Assembly: GCA_965209155.1 (NCBI GenBank)
Contig: OZ242383.1
Coordinates: forward strand, 672,001-736,000
Reading direction: 5' to 3'
Length of the DNA: 64,000 nt
Source: a bacterium
Lineage (GTDB): Bacteria > SAR324 > NAC60-12
The notes beneath the pieces were generated by a model, which did not search any database, was not told the DNA's origin, and saw only the letters and a program-made list of their open reading frames with translations. The first letter of the stretch is position 1. Each line of letters starts with the position of its first letter. A program made the position numbers and the translations under genes. Positions 20,549 through 29,102 of this stretch are shown piece after piece.

Positions 20549-22039
20549 GTGGTCCACATGACATCCAGGAATACATCTGATAAATCATTGGATTTTTTCA
20601 ATACGACCCGAGATGAGATCACTGCTCCGCTCGTCGTAGACGTCGACGGTTCTCTGGTCAGCGGGGATTTGTCAGTCGAGGGAGCAGTCCAGCTGCTCCG
20701 CATTTCTCCGCTCAATTTCTTCGCCTTGCCCATGTGGTTGTACCTTGCCCTCGTGAAGGGGCGCGCTTTTTTGAAACGAAGGATCGCCCGGGCCTTTGTT
20801 CCGGCACCAGAAACTCTGCTGCTGAACCCGGAGGTGTTGGAGGAAATCGCTGCCGCCCAAGCGGCTGGGCGTCCGGTCTGGCTGGCTTCGGGCTCCGATG
20901 AACTCGCTGTCGCTTCGCTCGCTGAAAGGGTGGCCGCGACGGGATTCTTCGCTTCGGATGGACGGACCAACCTGGTCGGCCAGCAGAAGGCGGCACTTTT
21001 ATGCGAGCGATTCGGCCAGCATGGATTCGATTATATTGGAAACGAACGACGCGACCTGGCGGTATGGCGAGAAGCTAGACTTTCCATCGGGGTCAACCTG
21101 CCGCTGAGTCTGAAGCGTGAGCTTCGCATGATGGACGAAAATGCTCGCTTGCTCGAAGGTCCCGGAGGTCGTCCATCCGATTTTTGGCGCGCGTTGCGTC
21201 CGCAGCGCTGGATTAAGAACTTGCTCGTTTTTGCTCCCTTGCTTGCGGCCCGGGAGACCCGTGTGGAGTCCTACCTGGAGGTGGTCATGCTGTTCATGGC
21301 GCTTTCGATTTGCGCGTCCGGTACCTACCTGCTGAACGACCTGCTTGATCTTCCCCAGGACCGCCGGCACAGGAGCAAACGATTTCGTCCGCTAGCCTCG
21401 GGAAAATTGCCACTGCTCCCGGTGACTTGCGCGGGTATGGCGCTGGTGTTGGCCGGATTGAGCCTGGCCTTTTGGTTGGCCGCCGCGACAGGGTTCTGCA
21501 TTCTTGCATACCTCCTGGTAACTTTCGCCTACTCATTATGGCTTGAGCGAAAGACTTTCGTCGACGTCATTGCCCTCGTACTGCTCGATGCGATTCGCGT
21601 GATTGCTGGTGGGGTCGTGGTTTCGATTACGCTTTCTCCATGGTTTATGGGATTTTTCCTCTTCCTCTTTCTTTCCCTGGCCCTCTTCAAACGTCAAAGT
21701 GAACTGCATGACCTGCGTGAGTCGGGCGGATCGAAGCTCCCCGGGGGCGCATATCTCGTCGAAGATCGCACGGTGGTGGCTGCGTTCGGCGCAGCTTGCA
21801 GCATCGCCACGCTGGTGATGCTCGGCTTTTATATCCAGAGCCCGGAAGTGAGCGCCACATACGGTCGAGCGGGGTGGCTTTGGCTTGTTGGTCCCCTGTT
21901 GATTTACTGGTTGGGACGCATGTCACTGCTCGCCAATCGCGGAATCGCGGATGACGATCCGTTCATCTTCGCGTTGAGTGACAGGACGAGTTGGCTCACC
22001 GGAATCGGGATACTGGCCGTGTTCACGGCAGCGCTGTGA
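20549..22039 (+). CDS. HAD-UbiA fusion prenyltransferase (polyprenyl-phosphate phosphoribosyltransferase-like)
   Basis: N-terminal DVDGSL HAD motif; LRPQRWIKNLLVF, YLLNDLLD..DRRH, RPLASG UbiA motifs. Confidence 0.88.
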   Translation: MVHMTSRNTSDKSLDFFNTTRDEITAPLVVDVDGSLVSGDLSVEGAVQLLRISPLNFFALPMWLYLALVKGRAFLKRRIARAFVPAPETLLLNPEVLEEIAAAQAAGRPVWLASGSDELAVASLAERVAATGFFASDGRTNLVGQQKAALLCERFGQHGFDYIGNERRDLAVWREARLSIGVNLPLSLKRELRMMDENARLLEGPGGRPSDFWRALRPQRWIKNLLVFAPLLAARETRVESYLEVVMLFMALSICASGTYLLNDLLDLPQDRRHRSKRFRPLASGKLPLLPVTCAGMALVLAGLSLAFWLAAATGFCILAYLLVTFAYSLWLERKTFVDVIALVLLDAIRVIAGGVVVSITLSPWFMGFFLFLFLSLALFKRQSELHDLRESGGSKLPGGAYLVEDRTVVAAFGAACSIATLVMLGFYIQSPEVSATYGRAGWLWLVGPLLIYWLGRMSLLANRGIADDDPFIFALSDRTSWLTGIGILAVFTAAL

Positions 22040-22197
22040 GCGGTTTACAACTTCCGGCGTTTCGAGCCGGGCCTTATTTCCGGGAATCTACAACAAGATC
22101 ATGTTGTCTTTTTTGCCTGAGGCATGACGGGTGCCATTGTGCGCGTCGAAGATGAGCCGCGGATTCCCGACTGACATCTCGTAATTAAAATACTGGA

Positions 22198-23199
22198 ATG
22201 GTACGTATGAATAACGAAAAGTCAAAAAGACCCAGCTATCTCGTAACCGGAGCCACTGGCTTCATCGGCGGGCGGGTGACGGAATTGCTGCTGGACGGCG
22301 GCGCGGAAGTCACCGGCATCGATAACCAGAACCCCGCTTACGACATCCGTCTCAAAGAGTGGCGACTGGCCCAACTCGAAAGCCGGGTGGGATTCAGCTT
22401 CCAGAGAACAGACATCTGCGATCCCTCAGCAGTCGACAGACTCTTCAGGAAGGGCTTCGACGCCGTTATCAACCTGGCGGCTCATGCCGGGGTGAGGGCA
22501 TCGGTGGAAGATCCCCACGCCTACCTCGACTCCAACGTCGGCGGTACCCTGAACCTGCTGCGGGCATGTAAAGCGTATGACGTTCCCAAACTGGTGCAGG
22601 CCTCGTCTTCCAGCGTCTACGGATTGAAAGCCTCGACGCCGTGTCGCGAGGATGCAGCGACCGACTGGCCCCTTTCTCCGTATGCGGCGTCGAAGAAAGC
22701 CTGTGAGATCCTCTGCTACCCCTACCATCACCTGGACGGCACCGACGTCACTGTCTTCAGGTTCTTCACGGTGTATGGCCCGGCCGGGCGGCCCGACATG
22801 GTGCTCTTCCGGGTGGTGAAATGGATCGCCGAGGGGCTGCCCGTCCTTGTCCACGGAGATGGATTGCAGGAGCGAAGTTTCACCTACGTGGACGACGTGG
22901 CGCGAGGCGTCGTTGCCGGGCTGAAGCCGGTGGGTTACGAGGTGGTCAATCTCGGCTCCGACCAGTCGGTGAAACTGAGGGATGCCATCACATTGGCTGA
23001 AAAGCTGCTGGACAAAAAGGCGAAGATCGAGTATCAACCTGGAAATCCGGCAGACGTGCCGGTCAATCCGGCAGACGTCACGAAAGCAAAAAAACTGCTC
23101 GACTGGGAGCCGACAGTGGACCTGGAAGCCGGTCTCGCCAAAACCGTAGACTGGTACCTGGAAAATCGCGCATGGGCAAAAGAACTGATCACGCATTAA
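22198..23199 (+). CDS. NAD-dependent nucleotide-sugar epimerase (UDP-glucuronate 4-epimerase-like)
   Basis: TGATGFIG, AAHAGVR, SSSSVYG, YAASK, RFFTVYGPAGRPDM motifs. Confidence 0.92.
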   Translation: MVRMNNEKSKRPSYLVTGATGFIGGRVTELLLDGGAEVTGIDNQNPAYDIRLKEWRLAQLESRVGFSFQRTDICDPSAVDRLFRKGFDAVINLAAHAGVRASVEDPHAYLDSNVGGTLNLLRACKAYDVPKLVQASSSSVYGLKASTPCREDAATDWPLSPYAASKKACEILCYPYHHLDGTDVTVFRFFTVYGPAGRPDMVLFRVVKWIAEGLPVLVHGDGLQERSFTYVDDVARGVVAGLKPVGYEVVNLGSDQSVKLRDAITLAEKLLDKKAKIEYQPGNPADVPVNPADVTKAKKLLDWEPTVDLEAGLAKTVDWYLENRAWAKELITH

Positions 23200-23216
23200 A
23201 GAACCGAAGCTTGATA

Positions 23217-23732
23217 ATGAAACCGCTTTCCTATTCCAACATCATTCTGATCGGGATGCCCGGTGCCGGGAAAAGCACGATCGGGGTGATTATTGCCAAA
23301 CAAAGCGCGAAAGATTATGTCGACACCGACGTTTTGATTCAAATTGCGGAAAAGAAATCACTGCAGCAGATCCTGGACGAAGCGGGTTACATGGAATTAC
23401 GCCGCATTGAAGAACGGGTCCTGCTGGACCATCACTGCCGGAATCACGTTATCGCCACAGGAGGGAGCGCCGTGTACAGTGATGCGGCCATGCGACATTT
23501 GAAGGCAAACGGGATTGCGGTCTTTTTAAAAGTCGAAATGGAAGAATTGAAAAAACGGTTGATTGACATGGAGACGCGAGGGATCGCGCAAAGGCCGGGT
23601 CAGAGTTTTGCGGAACTTTATGATGAAAGACAACGATTGTATCGACGTTATGCGGATCTCACCATTGATTGTACCCGCAAAACACAGGAAGAAATTTCGA
23701 TGGAGATCTGCGAACAACTCAAACTTCGGTGA
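23217..23732 (+). CDS. aroK: Shikimate kinase
   Basis: GMPGAGKST P-loop, DTD, IATGGSAV motifs; ATG at 23217. Confidence 0.85.
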   Translation: MKPLSYSNIILIGMPGAGKSTIGVIIAKQSAKDYVDTDVLIQIAEKKSLQQILDEAGYMELRRIEERVLLDHHCRNHVIATGGSAVYSDAAMRHLKANGIAVFLKVEMEELKKRLIDMETRGIAQRPGQSFAELYDERQRLYRRYADLTIDCTRKTQEEISMEICEQLKLR

Positions 23733-23738
23733 TTTACG

Positions 23739-25256
23739 CTACGCGTTGCAAAGCGCCTGCACCAGACCCTCGATGTTCTGTTGATCGGGAACGAGGGAGA
23801 CGTCGAGTTGATGGCAACGGGCGGATTGAGCGGTTATTTCTCCAATACAGGCAATCCGGGGAGTGTGCTTTTTCAAAGCAGTTTTCCCCGCTTCCGGAAG
23901 CAAGCGGAAGAAATTTTTCACCGTGGAGGTGCTGGTGAAAGTGATCCAGTCCAGTTGCCGGTGCTGCAGTAAATGCACCACCGTTTCCATTTCCGGCGCA
24001 GGGAGAACATTGCGGTAAACAGGGGTTTTGCGCACAGTAGCGCCCCAGCGGATGAGCGCCTGTTCCAGTATTCCTCTTGAATCCTCCGCTTGAGGCAACC
24101 AGACGTGTTGCCCTTCCCAGGAAAGAGGTTCCAGCGCATCGATCAATCCCTCACTCTGGTAGCGTTTAGGAACCACGTCGGCAGTGAGAAAAAACTCTTC
24201 CAGGTAACGAGCGCTGGACCCACCCACGCAAGCAATGCGGCACGAGCCGAATACCCTGCCATCCTTCCCCAATTCCCGCAAGCGTTCCAAACTCCTTTCA
24301 ATCCCATTGATACTGGTGAAAACAACCCAATCCATCCCGCCCGAATTGCAGGCGATCCGGTCGAAAGCTTCCCAGGAATGGGGCGCTTCCAACGAGATCG
24401 TGGCGCAAGTACTGACTTGAGCGCCTGCCGCAACCAGTTTTTCTGCCAGCGAATGCGTCCCTCTGTCAGCGCGCGTGACCAGGATGTGTTGACCAAAAAG
24501 CGGTTTTTTTTCAAACCAATTGAATTGTTCATGGAAGCGACAGACGTCCCCAATGATGGTCAGCACCGGCGCGGTGAATTGTCGCTCGACGACTTTTTCC
24601 ACAATCGTTTCCAGCGTTCCCTGCACCGAACGTTGTTTCGGCCACGTTCCCCATTGGATTACCGTCACCAAAGTCCGGGGATCTCGTCCGGCGGCAATCA
24701 GGCGTTTGGTGACGTTTCGCATGACCGTCAATCCCATCATGACCACAATGGTCCCGATGCGGGCGATAGCGTCCCAGGGTATCATGGTTTGCGGTTTATC
24801 CGGATGTTCCGTGCCTGTCAGGAATACGACGTTGGAGCTGAGATCGCGGTGGGTGAGGGGAATGCCTGCGTAGGCCGGTACGGCGACCGCCGAAGAAACG
24901 CCCGGTATCACTTCAAAGGGCAGGTTGGCGTCGACGACGGAAGCCAATTCCTCTCCGCCTCTTCCAAAAATAAAAGGATCCCCTCCCTTCAAACGTACCA
25001 CGATTTTATTTTCCAGTGCTTTCCGGACAATCAGTTCGTTGATATGCTCCTGAGAAATCGTACGTTTGCCGTGCCGTTTGCCTGCATCGATCAATTCTGC
25101 CTGAGGGGCGTATTGCAAGAGCCGGGGATTGGCGAGGAAATCGTAAATCACCACGTCTGCCTGTTGCAGGACTTCCCGCGCTTTGAGCGTGAGCAGTCCC
25201 GGGTCGCCTGGCCCGGCTCCCACTAAATAAACTTTACTTCTGCCGTGAGACATCAT
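23739..25256 (-). CDS. cobA: Uroporphyrinogen-III C-methyltransferase / uroporphyrinogen-III synthase fusion (CobA-HemD)
   Basis: VGAGPGDPGLLT, RLKGGDPFIFGRG; C-terminal HemD with FTSING and FTSTSTV. Confidence 0.95.
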   Translation of the reverse strand: MMSHGRSKVYLVGAGPGDPGLLTLKAREVLQQADVVIYDFLANPRLLQYAPQAELIDAGKRHGKRTISQEHINELIVRKALENKIVVRLKGGDPFIFGRGGEELASVVDANLPFEVIPGVSSAVAVPAYAGIPLTHRDLSSNVVFLTGTEHPDKPQTMIPWDAIARIGTIVVMMGLTVMRNVTKRLIAAGRDPRTLVTVIQWGTWPKQRSVQGTLETIVEKVVERQFTAPVLTIIGDVCRFHEQFNWFEKKPLFGQHILVTRADRGTHSLAEKLVAAGAQVSTCATISLEAPHSWEAFDRIACNSGGMDWVVFTSINGIERSLERLRELGKDGRVFGSCRIACVGGSSARYLEEFFLTADVVPKRYQSEGLIDALEPLSWEGQHVWLPQAEDSRGILEQALIRWGATVRKTPVYRNVLPAPEMETVVHLLQHRQLDWITFTSTSTVKNFFRLLPEAGKTALKKHTPRIACIGEITAQSARCHQLDVSLVPDQQNIEGLVQALCNA

Positions 25257-25472
25257 TCATACCCCTTCCACGATTTGCCGGTATGCGCGCCGGACTCCCT
25301 GGAGGAGCAAGGCTTCTTTACTGAGTCCATAGCGTCTGGCCAGTTTTTCATGGATGATCTTAAAATCTCGCTCGTGATCGTCTCCCTGTTCAAAAATTAC
25401 TTGCAGGTCCTCGAGAATATGATGGTATCGTACTTTTCGAGGGGGGACGGCATGAATCGATATGCGCTTCAC
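25257..25472 (-). CDS. Small hypothetical protein directly upstream of cobA-hemD
   Basis: 71-aa ORF with GGAG upstream of its GTG start; its stop abuts the cobA start. Confidence 0.5.
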   Translation of the reverse strand: MKRISIHAVPPRKVRYHHILEDLQVIFEQGDDHERDFKIIHEKLARRYGLSKEALLLQGVRRAYRQIVEGV

Positions 25473-25882
25473 AGGCGCTCCCTGGTCAATTTCGAGTTGG
25501 AATCACGGATGCCGGAAAATAACCCAAGTCGCCCGACTTCACAACACTTTTCAGAGGAAGTCGCTCTTGAACCTTCGAGCTTACCTTTTTGAATTCAAAA
25601 ACTCGATCGTCCTGCCTCTGGCAGCGTGAAACCGGGCGCTTTGAATTAGTGCGGATTCCCGGGTTCGCAGGTATTGGTGTCTTCACAAAAAACTTGCACC
25701 GGTGTCTTGTTCGAGATATTTATTTAATACGCGAGTCAGGATTTAAAAAACGTGTCAATCCGGATCGGGGGCCGGAATGACAAAGGAGAAAAAGCACCGC
25801 TACTTCTCAATTAAATATATAAATGGAAGCGGGACGGTTCTGCGACTCGAGCAGGGAGGAGAATGGTTCTTTCCACGATCAT

Positions 25883-25968
25883 GGAGGGGTGGGTGAGTGG
25901 TTGAAACCGGCGGTCTTGAAAACCGTTGAACGCGAGTTCCGGGGGTTCGAATCCCTCCCCCTCCGCCA
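25883..25968 (+). tRNA. tRNA-Ser(TGA)
   Basis: GGAGGGG/CCCCTCC acceptor stem, loop CTTGAAA, long variable arm, GGTTCGAATCC, CCA end. Confidence 0.95.
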
Positions 25969-25992
25969 GAACCCCCTGAGCCCACACGACTC

Positions 25993-26082
25993 GGAGAGAT
26001 GACTGAGAGGCCGAAAGTGGCAGATTGCTAATCTGTTGTACGCGCAAGCGTACCGAGGGTTCGAATCCCTCTCTCTCCGCCA
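25993..26082 (+). tRNA. tRNA-Ser(GCT)
   Basis: GGAGAGA/TCTCTCC stem, loop TTGCTAA, long variable arm, T-loop, CCA end. Confidence 0.95.
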
Positions 26083-26091
26083 ACCCCGGAC

Positions 26092-26168
26092 GCGCCCGTA
26101 GCTCAGCTGGATAGAGCATCTGATTGCGGTTCAGAAGGTCACAGGTTCGACTCCTGTCGGGCGCGCCA
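26092..26168 (+). tRNA. tRNA-Arg(GCG)
   Basis: GCGCCCG/CGGGCGC stem, anticodon arm TCTGA-TTGCGGT-TCAGA, GGTTCGACTCC, CCA end. Confidence 0.93.
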
Positions 26169-26194
26169 AAAAAAGGAATCGGATTCTCGGCAAT

Positions 26195-26572
26195 TCAATA
26201 CTCGACGAACTCCGTAGGGTAATGAGACAAATCTAACTTTTCTTGCTCCATTATCAACTGGATTCCCCATTGTTGCATGGCTAATGCTCCAAAGAAAATT
26301 TCAATCGCATTTCCTTCCTCATCCTCTCCAATATGGTCAATGACCATCGCTTCCGTATGGAATGCTTTCCCCTCAATTTCTCCTACCAATAAAGCTGCCT
26401 GAGAAGATGATTTGGTTTCCCCTGCCAGTTTCGTGTACGTGGGAAGAGGTAGTTTCGTCGTAATAAGTCGACTCGCCACCTCGGGAACAATACAGGTATT
26501 TCGCGCTCCTGAATCAAAAAGCGTCCAACTTTTTCTTCCATTGACGTCGATCATTTGACGAATTCTTCCCAT
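26195..26572 (-). CDS. Retropepsin-like (clan AA) aspartic protease
   Basis: LFDSGA catalytic motif, IFFGALAMQQWGI C-terminal motif, AGGAGAGG RBS before ATG at 26572. Confidence 0.75.
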   Translation of the reverse strand: MGRIRQMIDVNGRKSWTLFDSGARNTCIVPEVASRLITTKLPLPTYTKLAGETKSSSQAALLVGEIEGKAFHTEAMVIDHIGEDEEGNAIEIFFGALAMQQWGIQLIMEQEKLDLSHYPTEFVEY

Positions 26573-26905
26573 CCTCTCCTTTTTGAATTTCAATTTTTCC
26601 AACGAAGCCAATCAATATCGCGTCTCAATGAACCTTCCGATGTTTGGAGCCTACAAGACCGGGTGAAGTCGGAAGAATGCATTCCTTTCAAGAAAGCTTG
26701 TTTTAGTGGATTTCAGAATAAACTGCAATCCTGCAACGCATTGTGAGTCAAAACAGTCGCCAAATGAACGAAATCAAGCCTTTCATTTCTTGCGGCAGGC
26801 TATGTTATTGTCCTTTACAGGTTTATTTTCGGATGTTAACGTCCTACACTGGTTTTGAATTTCTTTCGTTTACAAGAATGATTCTCCAATACCAATGGGA
26901 GTGTT

Positions 26906-27673
26906 GTGAAAAAACTGACGGCCATCATTCCTACTTTCAACGAAGAACGCAACATCGAAGACGTCATCGAATCGGTCTCATTCGCCGACGAAATAATGGT
27001 AGTCGACTCTTTCAGTACCGACAATACCGTTGAAATCGCCCGGCGATATACCGACTTTATCGTGCAGAAAAAATACGAGAATGACTCTTCTCAAAAAAAT
27101 TGGGCCATTCCCCAAGCGAACTTCGACTGGATTCTGTTGGTCGATGCGGACGAAAGAGTGAGTACGGGATTGAGGGATGAGATTGTCCGCGTTTTAAAGG
27201 AAGACCCCGAGTGCGTGGCGTTCCGGATCAGACGCTCCAATTATTTCATGGGGAAAAAAATACGATTCAGTGGCTGGCAAGGAGATTCCGTTATCAGGTT
27301 GTTCAAGCGGGATGAATGCCGTTACCAGAACAAACGAGTCCATGCGGAAATAGAGACTGCTGGAAAAATCGGCCGGCTTGAAAATAAATTGAATCACAAT
27401 ACGTATACCAATCTCACGAGCTACCTGGAAAAAGCAAACAGTTATTCCACATGGGGAGCTTACGATCGAGTCGGCGAAGTCAAAAAGGTCACATTCTATC
27501 ACCTGTTGATCAAGCCATTTTTCCGATTCTTGAAACACTACGTGATCCGATTGGGATTTTTGGATGGAAGGGAGGGATTCATCATTTCCGTGTTGTCGGC
27601 GCAGCACGTTTTTATAAGAAGTCTCAAATTGTGGCGTATCAAAAAGGGAGAAGCATTCGATAAACCCGCATAG
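26906..27673 (+). CDS. Glycosyltransferase family 2 (LPS core beta-1,4-glucosyltransferase-like)
   Basis: IIPTFNEE, VVDSFSTDNT, WILLVDADE, VHAE, GFLDG motifs. Confidence 0.92.
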   Translation: MKKLTAIIPTFNEERNIEDVIESVSFADEIMVVDSFSTDNTVEIARRYTDFIVQKKYENDSSQKNWAIPQANFDWILLVDADERVSTGLRDEIVRVLKEDPECVAFRIRRSNYFMGKKIRFSGWQGDSVIRLFKRDECRYQNKRVHAEIETAGKIGRLENKLNHNTYTNLTSYLEKANSYSTWGAYDRVGEVKKVTFYHLLIKPFFRFLKHYVIRLGFLDGREGFIISVLSAQHVFIRSLKLWRIKKGEAFDKPA

Positions 27674-27684
27674 CGCTTCTCCAG

Positions 27685-28524
27685 TCAATCGATTTGGAGG
27701 GGAGTGAACCGGGGAGGACGTTTTTCCACGAAGGAGACGACCCCTTCTTTGAAATCCGCGCGTTGGAGACTCTCTGCCATGAGGCGATTGGTTTCGGTCA
27801 TTGCCTCTCCCAGGTTCATATTCAGGTGACGGTAAATCTGCTGTTTGATGATTTTCAAGGAAATCGGGGCCACGGTGTCCGCCAGGGTCCGGATGTAGGC
27901 TTGGGCGGCCGGCACGACCTCCTCCCGGGGCATCGCCCGATTAACCAACCCCATTTTCTCAGCTTCCAGACCATCAATCCGACGTGCGCTCCAGAGCAAA
28001 TCGAGCGCGCGTCCCGGCCCCACCACCCGGGGCAAAATCCAACTCAGTCCATGCTCGGCAATCAGTCCCCGTTGCGAAAAGGCAGTGGTAAAGACCGCAT
28101 CCTCCGCTGCATAGCGCATGTCGCAGAGCATGGCTATGGCGAAGGCCAGCCCGGCGCATGGCCCGTTGATGGCGGCAATAAGCGGTTTTTGAAGGGAAAG
28201 CAGGTAAGCGTAAGTGACTTGAAAATCCGGCCCCATACCAGGGTCTCCGGGGTCGGCCCGCAAGTGCTCCTCTTTGTCTCCCCGGGTAGGATTGGCGCCT
28301 GATTGAGCGGATTGGTTCAATGCATTCATGTCCATACCCGCGCTGAACCCACGGCCTTCGCCGGTAAGAACCACACCGGTCACCTCTTCGCTCCGCTCTG
28401 CTCGAGCGAGGGCATGACGGATTTCTACCAGCATCGAGGAAGTGAGCGCATTGAGGTAGTCCGGCCGGTTCATGTGAATGGTGGCCACCGGGCCGTTGAC
28501 TGCGTATTTGATTTCTTCATACAT
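27685..28524 (-). CDS. Enoyl-CoA hydratase/isomerase family protein
   Basis: NRPDYLNAL, FSAGMD, KPLIAAING, DFKEGV..FVEKRPP motifs. Confidence 0.92.
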   Translation of the reverse strand: MYEEIKYAVNGPVATIHMNRPDYLNALTSSMLVEIRHALARAERSEEVTGVVLTGEGRGFSAGMDMNALNQSAQSGANPTRGDKEEHLRADPGDPGMGPDFQVTYAYLLSLQKPLIAAINGPCAGLAFAIAMLCDMRYAAEDAVFTTAFSQRGLIAEHGLSWILPRVVGPGRALDLLWSARRIDGLEAEKMGLVNRAMPREEVVPAAQAYIRTLADTVAPISLKIIKQQIYRHLNMNLGEAMTETNRLMAESLQRADFKEGVVSFVEKRPPRFTPLQID

Positions 28525-28558
28525 GGGAACTCCTTTGACCTGGTAGAAGATCGGAACG

Positions 28559-28938
<380 letters not shown>

Positions 28939-29012
28939 ATGGATGGGAGGGAAACTGCTTCGCCGCTAAAGTTCCCCCCAGGGAGAGTTAGTCGGCGAAG
29001 CGCGCATCCTTG

Positions 29013-29041
29013 AATATAATACAGGTTGGCAGAGAATGCAA
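29013..29041 (-). promoter_or_regulatory. Putative sigma70 promoter for ssrA (TTGCAT-17 nt-TATATT)
   Basis: Near-consensus -35/-10 with 17-nt spacer about 75 nt upstream of the mature tmRNA 5' end. Confidence 0.55.
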
Positions 29042-29102
29042 ATTAAATTGAAAACCTGCCCGGACCGGACTGGTCCGGTTAAGGGACTCGCTCTATTTGT
29101 TT

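Noticed and set aside
25480..25760. Possible cobalamin riboswitch upstream of cobA-hemD
   Set aside because: I could not find the conserved B12-box/GGGAA..GCCACTG elements on the minus strand.
25800..26119. Minus-strand ORFs of 61 and 102 aa
   Set aside because: They are the antisense of the tRNA cluster.
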